Shown piece after piece: positions 56,315-64,000 of a stretch of DNA of 64,000 nucleotides. The stretch spans positions 72,572 through 136,571 of the forward strand of contig JAPPNK010000011.1 in NCBI GenBank assembly GCA_028818695.1, in the 5' to 3' direction. The DNA is from Candidatus Poribacteria bacterium (GTDB taxonomy: Bacteria; Poribacteria; WGA-4E; GCA-2687025). Made by a program: the position numbers and the translations under genes. Position 1 is the stretch's first letter; the number at the start of each line of letters is the position of its first letter. The notes under the pieces are model-generated. The model was not told the origin of the DNA. It was given only the letters and a program-made list of their open reading frames with translations, and searched no databases.

Positions 56315-57484
56315 ATGATTCCTAAAAAGCGCGTCGCAATTTTAGGCTCAACAGGTTCCATCGGACGCAGCGCGCTCAAAACGCTGCGGATGCATCCCGA
56401 CCTGTTTCAGCTGACGGTTCTGTCGGCGCATTCCAATGTCGACCTGCTGGAAGCGCAGGCGCGCCGCTTTGAACCGCGCCTTGTCGTCATGTCGAATCCA
56501 GACGCCGCCTCTGTACTTGCGAATCGGCTGCGCGGGCTTGACATCGAGGTCGCCGGCGGCGAAGAGCGGCTTGCGCAGGCGGCGTCGCTCCCGGACCTAG
56601 ATATGACGCTGTGCGGCATCGGCGGACGGGCTGGGATGATCCCGACCTTTGAAGCGGCGCGCGCGGGGATCGACATCGCGTTTGTGAATAAAGAAGCTCT
56701 GGCGCTGTCGGGAGAATTGCTGATAAAAACGGCGGCGCAAAGCGGAGCGCGCATTCTGCCTGTCGACAGCGAGATGAGCGCCGTATTTCAGTGCCTAGAA
56801 AGCGTTCAAAATCGCGAAGATGTGGACCGCCTAGCGTTGACAGCCTCCGGCGGCCCTTTCCGCACAACGCCGCGCGAACGCTTTAAAGAGATCACCCCTG
56901 AGCAGGCGCTGAACCATCCAAACTGGGACATGGGGGCGAAAGTGACGATCGATTCGGCGACGCTCATGAACAAGGGCTTTGAGGCGATTGAGGCGCGCTG
57001 GCTGTTTGACGTTGACCTGGACAGAATCGATGTGGTTGTGCATCCGCAGAGCATTGTGCATTCCTATGTGGAGTTGAAGGACGGCTCCGTTCTGGCGCAG
57101 ATGGGCCTCCCCGACATGCGCGTCCCGATTCAGTATGCGTTGACCTACCCCCGCCATCTTCCGAGCGGAGTCGGGCGTATGCGGCTCGCCGAAATCGGCT
57201 CTTTGACATTCGAGCCGCCGGATGTGGAGCGGTTCCCCTGTTTGCGTCTGGCGTATGAGGCGGGAAAAGCGGGCGGGACGATGCCGGCGGCGTTGAGCGG
57301 AGCGGACGAAGCGGCGGTGGACGCTTTTTTAAATAAAAAAATACGATTCGATCAGATTCCAACCCTCTTGTCAGAGGCGATGCGCCGACACGATTCCATC
57401 GCCTCCCCGACATTAAAAGAGGCGCTGGCGGCGGACGAATGGGCGAAAGAAGAGGTACGATCACTAATGGAAGGCGTTGTTTGA
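56315..57484 (+). CDS. dxr: 1-deoxy-D-xylulose 5-phosphate reductoisomerase
   Basis: Start at the ATG MIPKKRVAILGSTGSIG (NADPH-binding motif). Conserved cdsA-dxr-rseP order. Confidence 0.9.
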   Translation: MIPKKRVAILGSTGSIGRSALKTLRMHPDLFQLTVLSAHSNVDLLEAQARRFEPRLVVMSNPDAASVLANRLRGLDIEVAGGEERLAQAASLPDLDMTLCGIGGRAGMIPTFEAARAGIDIAFVNKEALALSGELLIKTAAQSGARILPVDSEMSAVFQCLESVQNREDVDRLALTASGGPFRTTPRERFKEITPEQALNHPNWDMGAKVTIDSATLMNKGFEAIEARWLFDVDLDRIDVVVHPQSIVHSYVELKDGSVLAQMGLPDMRVPIQYALTYPRHLPSGVGRMRLAEIGSLTFEPPDVERFPCLRLAYEAGKAGGTMPAALSGADEAAVDAFLNKKIRFDQIPTLLSEAMRRHDSIASPTLKEALAADEWAKEEVRSLMEGVV

Positions 57485-57487
57485 TCA

Positions 57488-59347
57488 ATGTTTGGAAGCG
57501 TATTGACGATCCTGCTCGCGCTGCTGCTCTTGAGCGCGCTCATTTTTATCCATGAACTTGCGCATTTTTTGGCGGGAAAAGCGGTCGGAATCCATGCCGA
57601 GGTGTTCTCGATCGGCTTCGGCCGTCCGTTGATCAAATTCACGCGCGGAGGCACCGAATACCGACTCTGCGTCATACCCGCCGGCGGGTATGTGAAGTTT
57701 CCCGGCGAATACTCTGAAGACGAAGAAAGGCTAGAGGGCGAGTTTTATCAGGCGCCCGTCTGGAAGCGGCTCACGATCGTCGCGGCGGGACCGCTGAGCA
57801 ACATTCTGCTCGGCGCGTTTCTCTTTGCAGTCCTGGCGGCGGGCGGCCTCCCTGTTGAACCGGAGCCGCTCATCGGCGAAGTGGCTGAAACGGAAGCTGG
57901 AGAAGGCGTCTATTGGGACGACCCGTCCTACCGCTCCCCCGCCGCCATGGCAGGCTTGCGCCCAGGCGACCGCGTCCTAGCCGTCGAGGGGCGCCCCATC
58001 GACTCCTTCAACGAATTGACCCAAGAGGTGATGCTGCGCCCTGACAAGCGGACCACTATCAAGGTGCTGCGCGACGGCGCCGAGCAGGAAATCGATCTCA
58101 TCCCAAGACCTGTCATGCGCGGCAAAATGGAGATGGGGCAGATCGGCGTGCGCCGGATGCTTTCCTTAGCCGCCTACAAAGAGGGCGACAAAAAAGCGGA
58201 ACCTCGCGTCATCGCATCCATCGGCGGAGTGGAGGGGTATCTCGGAGAGGCGCTGCGAAACTCAGCGGGTAAGGAAACCAAGGTGGCGTTTGCGGACGGC
58301 GAAACGGGGCGCTTCACAGCGCTTTCGCGCGTGGCGGTTGCGCAGGAACCTGCAGAGGCGTTTGCGGAAGAAGGCGTCGAGATCGGCTCCTATCTGACGG
58401 AGATCGACGGGAAACCGATACGCTCCGCCGCCGCCGCCCGCGCTGTCATCTTAAGCGGCGCGGACAAAGATCCGCGCCAAATGACATTTGAAACAGACGG
58501 AAAACCGATTCAGCTGGAAGTAGCGGAGCTTGCCCTATCGATCTCCGTTACAGCCGCAGAGAAGGACGCCGCTGTCAACCCCGCCGTCAAGAAGCTGCGC
58601 TTGGGAGACAAGCTGCTCTCCGTGAACGGCGTCTCCGTCTCCGACTACGACGGGGCGCTCGCTTCGGTTGAGCGGGCTTCCGCCGAGGGCAGGCTGTCCA
58701 TCCTAGAGTTTGAGCGCGAATCGGCCGTTCTGAGCGGCGGCAGCATTCCGATCGAAACGGAGGCGGTCGTTCAGGACGGGCGCGTGCAGATACAAGGCTT
58801 AACCCTGCGCTCCAACCTCGCCGAAAACCCGTCGTATCTGAAGCTGAACGGCTTGACGCTTGCGGAGCAGTTTGTGTTGACAGATGCCGCCACTTCGGAG
58901 CGGTATCTGGTCGGCGAGGCTCCCCTGAAAAAGGAACGGCACGGTGCCATCGGCTCCATCAGCAAGGGCGTCTCGATGGCGGGCGATTCGGTCAAGGAGA
59001 TCGTCTCCTTTCTGCAGCGGCTTATCTCTGGCGAGGTGTCGACCAAGTATGTGAGCGGGCCGGTCGGCATTGTGAACGTGACGCAGAAGATGCTCGGCGA
59101 CGGCTGGACATGGGCGACCTTCTACTCGGTGTTTCGGCTGATGGCATGGATCAGCATCAACTTGGCGATTGTGAACCTGCTGCCGATACCGATTGCGGAC
59201 GGGGGTCAGATTCTGTTCTTTCTATATGAAGGCGCGCGCGGCCGCCCGTTGAGCTTGAAGATTCAAGCGACCATTCAAAATGTCAGCATATGGGCTTTGA
59301 TGGCGCTCTTTGCGGTCATCACGCTGAAAGACATTCTTTACTGGTAA
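57488..59347 (+). CDS. rseP: RIP site-2 metalloprotease RseP (M50) with multiple PDZ domains
   Basis: HELAHFLAGK zinc motif, PDZ regions, and C-terminal NLLPIPIADGG motif. Confidence 0.85.
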   Translation: MFGSVLTILLALLLLSALIFIHELAHFLAGKAVGIHAEVFSIGFGRPLIKFTRGGTEYRLCVIPAGGYVKFPGEYSEDEERLEGEFYQAPVWKRLTIVAAGPLSNILLGAFLFAVLAAGGLPVEPEPLIGEVAETEAGEGVYWDDPSYRSPAAMAGLRPGDRVLAVEGRPIDSFNELTQEVMLRPDKRTTIKVLRDGAEQEIDLIPRPVMRGKMEMGQIGVRRMLSLAAYKEGDKKAEPRVIASIGGVEGYLGEALRNSAGKETKVAFADGETGRFTALSRVAVAQEPAEAFAEEGVEIGSYLTEIDGKPIRSAAAARAVILSGADKDPRQMTFETDGKPIQLEVAELALSISVTAAEKDAAVNPAVKKLRLGDKLLSVNGVSVSDYDGALASVERASAEGRLSILEFERESAVLSGGSIPIETEAVVQDGRVQIQGLTLRSNLAENPSYLKLNGLTLAEQFVLTDAATSERYLVGEAPLKKERHGAIGSISKGVSMAGDSVKEIVSFLQRLISGEVSTKYVSGPVGIVNVTQKMLGDGWTWATFYSVFRLMAWISINLAIVNLLPIPIADGGQILFFLYEGARGRPLSLKIQATIQNVSIWALMALFAVITLKDILYW

Positions 59348-59356
59348 GGAAACCGC

Positions 59357-60334
59357 GTGGAGCCGAACGCCCCCCAGCCGTCTATGCGGCGTAAGCGATG
59401 GACATACTGGCGTTTGGCGAAGCGTCCATTCAAGATACTGGCGGCGCTGCTCATGTTGAGCGCGGCGGTGAGCGCGCATGAGTTTGGGCATCTGCTTGCT
59501 GGAAAAGCGGTCGGAATCCATGCGGATCGCTTCTCCGTCGGCTTTGGACCTGTTCTGTTTAAAACACAGATCGGCGGCACGGAATACTGCCTCTCGTGGA
59601 TTCCGGCGGGCGGATATGTGCGTTTTCCTGGCGAGGCGAAGCAAGGAGAGACGCCCTTCAAGGCGCAGCCTGTCTGGAAGCGGCTGACGGCGATCGGCGC
59701 GGGTCCGATCAGCAGCGTTCTGTTCGCAGCTCTGCTGTTCGCAGCCTTTGCAGTTTTCAACAAGTTAGACTCGGCGGGACAGAAAAAGAAGAAGAGGCAA
59801 TCGGCGAAGAACGAATCCGGCAATGCTCCCCCGCCTCAAAAGCAAAACGAACCCGAATCGGCGCCCGCCGGGTCGGCGGAGAATGGACCCGGCGGCGCTC
59901 CTCCGCCTCAAAAGCGGAACGAACCCGAATCAGCGCCCGCCGGAACGGTTTCAATGACCGCAGGCATCTTTAAAGAGACCTTTGCCGGCATAGGGCGCGT
60001 CATCGCCCGCAAGGAATCGACCGACTCGATCAGCGGTCCGATTGGCATCGTCGACATGATTCAAAAGGAGACAACTGGGGGCTGGTCATGGTCGGCTCTT
60101 GCCGGCATATGCTTGCTGACCGGCTGCGTCAGCGTCGGACTGGCGGCGTTCAACCTGCTGCCGATACCGCCGCTGGACGGCGGGAAGATGGCGCTGCTGC
60201 TGATCGAAGCGGGCATCGGCAGGCCGTTGAACGCGACTCTACTGAACGTCATCGAGTATGCCGGAATGTTCGCGCTGGTCTATTTCATTTTTTGGATTAC
60301 CGGAAGGGACATACGCGGAAAGAAAAAGAAGTGA
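59357..60334 (+). CDS. M50 site-2 protease paralog lacking PDZ domains, with a Pro-rich repeat insert
   Basis: HEFGHLLAGK and NLLPIPPLDGG motifs. The PDZ region is replaced by a low-complexity APPPQK(Q/R)NEPESAPAG x2 insert. Confidence 0.75.
   Translation: MEPNAPQPSMRRKRWTYWRLAKRPFKILAALLMLSAAVSAHEFGHLLAGKAVGIHADRFSVGFGPVLFKTQIGGTEYCLSWIPAGGYVRFPGEAKQGETPFKAQPVWKRLTAIGAGPISSVLFAALLFAAFAVFNKLDSAGQKKKKRQSAKNESGNAPPPQKQNEPESAPAGSAENGPGGAPPPQKRNEPESAPAGTVSMTAGIFKETFAGIGRVIARKESTDSISGPIGIVDMIQKETTGGWSWSALAGICLLTGCVSVGLAAFNLLPIPPLDGGKMALLLIEAGIGRPLNATLLNVIEYAGMFALVYFIFWITGRDIRGKKKK
59825..59943 (+). repeat. Roughly 48-nt near-duplicate units encoding APPPQKxNEPESAPAG inside the RseP paralog
   Basis: Two units read directly, separated by about 24 nt. 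Confidence 0.6.
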
Positions 60335-60409
60335 TCTCGAAAGGACGAGAAGGGCGCGCGGGCGGCCATGACAGCGGATGGGAACATCGTCATCTCCGTT
60401 CAGAACCTG

Positions 60410-61174
60410 TCAAAAATCCCGCAAAACCCCAGACGGGTTCAGCTCGATCACCGCTTCTCGAATCAACACGCGCGGGGGCATTTTCAACAGAAACGCGATC
60501 GTTTCGGCGATGTCCTCTGGGGTGAGGATGGTCGCCGGGTCTTCTTCAGGGTTGTTCCCGGCGCGCATGACGGTCGCCACCGGTCCTGGACAAACGGCGC
60601 ACGCCAATATGTTCTGCTTGACGCCCGCTTGCGACAGCGACTCGGTCAAACCGCACAGGGCAAACTTGGAGGCGGCGTAGGCGGGGTTGCTGGCGGCGGC
60701 GCGTTTTCCCGCCACAGAGGATATGTTGATGATGCGCCCCCCGCCGTTTTCCGCCATCTGATTCCACAGAGCCTTCGTCAGAAGATACGGCGCGCGCACA
60801 TTGACCGCCATCGTCAAATCCCAAACCTCCTGCGGCAGCTCATGGATCGGATGATGGATAGCGACGCCCGCGTTGTTGATGAGTATATCGACCCGCCCGT
60901 ATGTTTTGAGCGCCGTTTGGACGAGCGCGTCTAGGTCGGCGGGATTCGCGGCGTCCGTTTTGAGATATGCCGCGTCGGCGCCTTTCTGCGCAGCCTCTTC
61001 GCAGACGTTTTGAAGCTGCTCTTCAGTCCGAGCGGCGAGCATGAGCCGGACGTCTTCGTCGGCGAGGCGCAGCGCAGCCGCTCTTCCGATGCCTCTCCCG
61101 GCTCCTGTGATGAGCGCCGTTTTGCCTTTCAGGTTCATGCGTTTCTCCTTTGACGTTACATTGTATATCGGCAT
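60410..61174 (-). CDS. SDR family oxidoreductase
   Basis: TGAGRGIG cofactor motif and a YxxxK catalytic motif. Confidence 0.85.
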   Translation of the reverse strand: MPIYNVTSKEKRMNLKGKTALITGAGRGIGRAAALRLADEDVRLMLAARTEEQLQNVCEEAAQKGADAAYLKTDAANPADLDALVQTALKTYGRVDILINNAGVAIHHPIHELPQEVWDLTMAVNVRAPYLLTKALWNQMAENGGGRIINISSVAGKRAAASNPAYAASKFALCGLTESLSQAGVKQNILACAVCPGPVATVMRAGNNPEEDPATILTPEDIAETIAFLLKMPPRVLIREAVIELNPSGVLRDF

Positions 61175-61193
61175 ATGCTGGACGCAAGCGGCG

Positions 61194-62069
61194 TTAGCGG
61201 CGTCTGGAATAGGCTCTCGGTCGGCGCCGGCGAGAAGAAGAACCGTCCCCGACCTGGACGGGCAGACGCACCATCAGGTCTGCCATGGCGGCGAGGTCAA
61301 GCGCGTTGTGTTTTACGGCGGCTGCCATCTCATGCGTCTCTCCCGTTTGCACATAGTTCTGATAAGCGGCGGGTATGAGGCTGCCGGGTATGTCGCCCCG
61401 CCGCTTGCGCCCGCAGACCCGCTCCTCTAAGGTGACGAGCTTGCAGTTCGGCAGCAGGCTCCCCCACACGCGCCTGCACACATGGAGCATGTCCAGGTTT
61501 GGAACGGGCGGCGGCGCGGGCAGCCCATGACGTTCGCAGCGCTTGCGGATGAACGGCGCGTCAAAGCTGGCGCCGTTGAATGTGACAATCCCTGACGCGG
61601 AGCGCAGCGCCTCAATATAAAGCGACAAAACGGCGCGCTCCTCGCCGTAATGCCGCGCAAAGTACTGCCGTATGGAGAATCGGCCGTCTCTCCAAACCAT
61701 CGCCCCAATCAAAAAAAGAGGACGGTTCGACAAGCCGGTCGTTTCGATGTCCATGAACATGACGTTCAGCGCGTCTTCTCGGCGGACGCCTCTTTGCCGG
61801 AGGGCGGCGCGCGCCGCGCCGCTCGCTTCATAGTCGCGCGCGAGATTCGCAAGCGAGGCGTCCAGCTCCGCCGCGTCCGCTTCGATCAAATACGCCGTCT
61901 CGCCCTCTTCAGATTCCGCCACCATGCCGGTCGGCAGATGGTAGCTGTCCGGCTCGGCGGCGCGCTTGCGTCCCTGCGGGGCGTTCGGATGGCGCCTGCG
62001 TTCCGGCGCGTCTTGAAGCGGGCGCCGATTCAGCATTTCCATGCGTTTCCACAGATCGCTTTTTTTCAT
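61194..62069 (-). CDS. RNase H-like superfamily predicted 3'-5' exonuclease (YprB/COG3359-like)
   Basis: FMDIETTGL...NGASFDAPF motifs of the DEDD-like RNase H fold. Overlaps the upstream gene by 4 nt. Confidence 0.6.
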   Translation of the reverse strand: MKKSDLWKRMEMLNRRPLQDAPERRRHPNAPQGRKRAAEPDSYHLPTGMVAESEEGETAYLIEADAAELDASLANLARDYEASGAARAALRQRGVRREDALNVMFMDIETTGLSNRPLFLIGAMVWRDGRFSIRQYFARHYGEERAVLSLYIEALRSASGIVTFNGASFDAPFIRKRCERHGLPAPPPVPNLDMLHVCRRVWGSLLPNCKLVTLEERVCGRKRRGDIPGSLIPAAYQNYVQTGETHEMAAAVKHNALDLAAMADLMVRLPVQVGDGSSSRRRRPRAYSRRR

Positions 62070-63868
62070 GATTGCCAGGGGCGGTTGTAGCTCGGATCAT
62101 GGACATAACGTTTCAAGCCGACGCGAACGCGCTGACGCGACATCGGCGCCAGATTTAACCGAAAACAGGGTCCGTTCACCTGCGTTTGTCCGCCGTTTGT
62201 TTCCGCGGTTGTGAAGGCATGCTCTCCGAAGGCTCCCGCTTGGACGATCATTTGCCGCTCTTCCAGCGCGCTTGCGTTCACGAATTCAATCTCCGCCTCG
62301 CCGCGAGAAGCGCGCAAAACAGCCGCCGCCGCGTCCGGCGGAAGCCCAGGCCGCCGCCGTTCCGCGTCAAAATACCGTACCGTCGCATGCAGCAGCCCGC
62401 CATGGTAGACCGCGCCGACCGATCCAAGACTCAGCTGCGCGATCGGCTCGCAGACGACAGGGTTGATGTCCTGCCAGTGGTGGACGTCCCATTCGTTCGG
62501 GTCGCCGTCGTCGTTGCGCATGATCTCAAGCCGGCGCGCGACCTCTCGGCAGGCGGCGTCCATCATGAGTTCGGGCGCGTCGTCGTTCTGTCCCTGCGAC
62601 AACGCCAGCCACGGCCCGGGCTGCGCCTGCGCGCCCTTGCCGAAACCTGTTCTGCGGGCGTACGATTCCGGCGGAGCCGCCGCGTCCAAGCGCGCCTTGT
62701 CCTGCGCGCTGTGCGTCAACGCAAAGCAATGCATCGGATAACGCGCGTCGGGGCTGATGTAGTTGAACCATCCGACCCGACCATGCCGGTTGGGCGTCTT
62801 GAAGACGCTGTCCTCCTCCCGTCCAAGCTCCCACAGCATATCCCACTGCGAGCGGTGCAGGTCTAAATAACTCTCATCTCCCGTCAGCAGCAGCGCGTTC
62901 GCCCCCGCGATGAGCGTCGATTCTAAAATGATTCTCGCGCCGTGCGGCCACCGCCAGCCGTAATATCCGCCCCACCAGTTTCCGCCCATGCGTTCGCCGA
63001 CGGCGCCGTTCGGTCCGATGTTGTCGGGCATGATTCCGCCGTTGGCGCGCGTCCGCTCCGTCCACGCTTCGATGTAGTCAAGAACCCACCGCTTATACTT
63101 CGGATCGCCCGTATAAAGATAGGCGCTCGCCGCAAGGCTTGTCGCGTTCAGGTTGAGCGGAATGTCGCCGGGTACCATGCGTTCGTTCATTCGGACAAGT
63201 ATCTGCTCAAAGACAGCGTCGTCGTTCCAGTCGGCTTTGGCGAACGGATCGTCGGGGTCCAACCCTGGGACATCTTCATAGGGCGAGAGATAGTTGGCAA
63301 GAACCCATCGGTGCGTCGACCAATCTTCGGCGGTCATATGGAACCGCGGTCCTCTGCTTCCGTTGATGGGCGAGCGTATCATACGCCGTTCGGGGTCCCA
63401 GTTTTGCGCTTCGTCGTCTTCGCCGATGTACATATTGGCGAATCGCAGGGCGCGCCGCCGATCTATATGGACATTCGGATCGGCAAGCCCAAACCCGTAG
63501 ATATACTGCGAACTTTCCCCATGATGCATCCAGTCGTAGTAGGCGTCGAATTCGCGGTGAATCTGCCCGTATTCGGTGAATTGCCAAGTGACAGCGCTCC
63601 ACAGCCGCCTCGAAAGCCGATGCACATTTTCGGAGCCGCCGAGAGCGTAGAAGAGCGGAAATGACCAAAAACTTTCATAAGCGTCGTCGGAGCCGTCCAT
63701 GCCCGGCCATTCCTCCCGCCAGACAAGCGTTCCGTCGGGGCGGGTATACCGCTTTACAAAAGCTTCGGCAGCCTCGTTCATTTGGCTGAAAAGTTGTCTT
63801 TGGAGAAGCGCCCAGCGCGGCGGCGGCTCCATGTGCGTTGTTTTGACGAGAGGCGGCGTGTTCGACAT
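62066..63868 (-). CDS. Hypothetical 600-aa protein (possibly (alpha/alpha)6-barrel glycoside-hydrolase-like)
   Basis: Long ORF with W/Y/D-rich composition typical of carbohydrate-active enzymes. No motif I can name with certainty. Confidence 0.5.
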   Translation of the reverse strand: MSNTPPLVKTTHMEPPPRWALLQRQLFSQMNEAAEAFVKRYTRPDGTLVWREEWPGMDGSDDAYESFWSFPLFYALGGSENVHRLSRRLWSAVTWQFTEYGQIHREFDAYYDWMHHGESSQYIYGFGLADPNVHIDRRRALRFANMYIGEDDEAQNWDPERRMIRSPINGSRGPRFHMTAEDWSTHRWVLANYLSPYEDVPGLDPDDPFAKADWNDDAVFEQILVRMNERMVPGDIPLNLNATSLAASAYLYTGDPKYKRWVLDYIEAWTERTRANGGIMPDNIGPNGAVGERMGGNWWGGYYGWRWPHGARIILESTLIAGANALLLTGDESYLDLHRSQWDMLWELGREEDSVFKTPNRHGRVGWFNYISPDARYPMHCFALTHSAQDKARLDAAAPPESYARRTGFGKGAQAQPGPWLALSQGQNDDAPELMMDAACREVARRLEIMRNDDGDPNEWDVHHWQDINPVVCEPIAQLSLGSVGAVYHGGLLHATVRYFDAERRRPGLPPDAAAAVLRASRGEAEIEFVNASALEERQMIVQAGAFGEHAFTTAETNGGQTQVNGPCFRLNLAPMSRQRVRVGLKRYVHDPSYNRPWQS

Positions 63869-63949
63869 GGTGGCGGCTCATCTCCGTTGTGACGCGGCGT
63901 TCCCGCCACAATACCCCATGCGCTGTTTTAAATCAAGCGCCAGAGATCT

Positions 63950-64000
63950 GACCTTAGCGCTTTAGTTGGGACATTCCGCCTGGCGAACGCGGACGGTTTC
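63950..64000. repeat. MITE-like repeat, copy C (inverted orientation, truncated by window end)
   Basis: GACCTTAGCGCTTTAGTTGGGACATTCCGCCTGGCGAACGCGGACGG matches the reverse complement of 17125-17168 nearly base for base. Confidence 0.55.

Noticed and set aside
1-64000. Mobile element hallmarks (transposase, integrase, phage genes, IS inverted repeats)
   Set aside because: No such ORFs were found. The only repeated non-coding element is the small MITE-like family, which has no coding capacity.

Overview
This is a GC-rich chromosomal segment, probably from a Planctomycetota/PVC-type bacterium. The inference rests on a TAT-signal DUF1501 protein next to a giant PSCyt/DUF1549/DUF1553 protein, tandem Cys-type sulfatases and an FG-GAP/ASPIC-UnbV lipoprotein. 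The window is densely coding and carries core genes: recA, infC-thrS, a tRNA-Gly/Cys/Val cluster with a consensus sigma70 promoter, nusB, hisA, a yitJ-like MTHFR fusion plus metH, cdsA-dxr-rseP, tpx and mazG. Accessory features stand out:
- Seven tandem same-strand LivK-family (PBP type 1) substrate-binding lipoproteins at 1478-11121. They fall into three subfamilies arranged A-B-B-A-C-C-C. No cognate permease or ATPase is present.
- An ECF sigma/anti-sigma pair followed by three paralogous secreted proteins of unrecognised family. The first carries an ExbD/TolR-like C-terminal domain and an 84-bp in-frame tandem duplication.
- A Doc/Fic toxin gene immediately preceded by a TPR protein where the Phd antitoxin would normally sit.
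- An SPFH/band-7 and J-domain coiled-coil two-gene operon.
- An ABC importer (two permeases plus a fused double ATPase) with no substrate-binding protein.
- Tandem RseP/M50 paralogs, the second lacking PDZ domains and carrying a Pro-rich repeat.
- A MITE-like roughly 165-215 bp intergenic repeat with terminal inverted repeats and a covarying GNRA hairpin, seen in at least two full and two partial copies.
No CRISPR array, transposase or integrase was seen. Many long antisense Arg/Pro-rich ORFs in the six-frame track are shadow ORFs caused by high GC.
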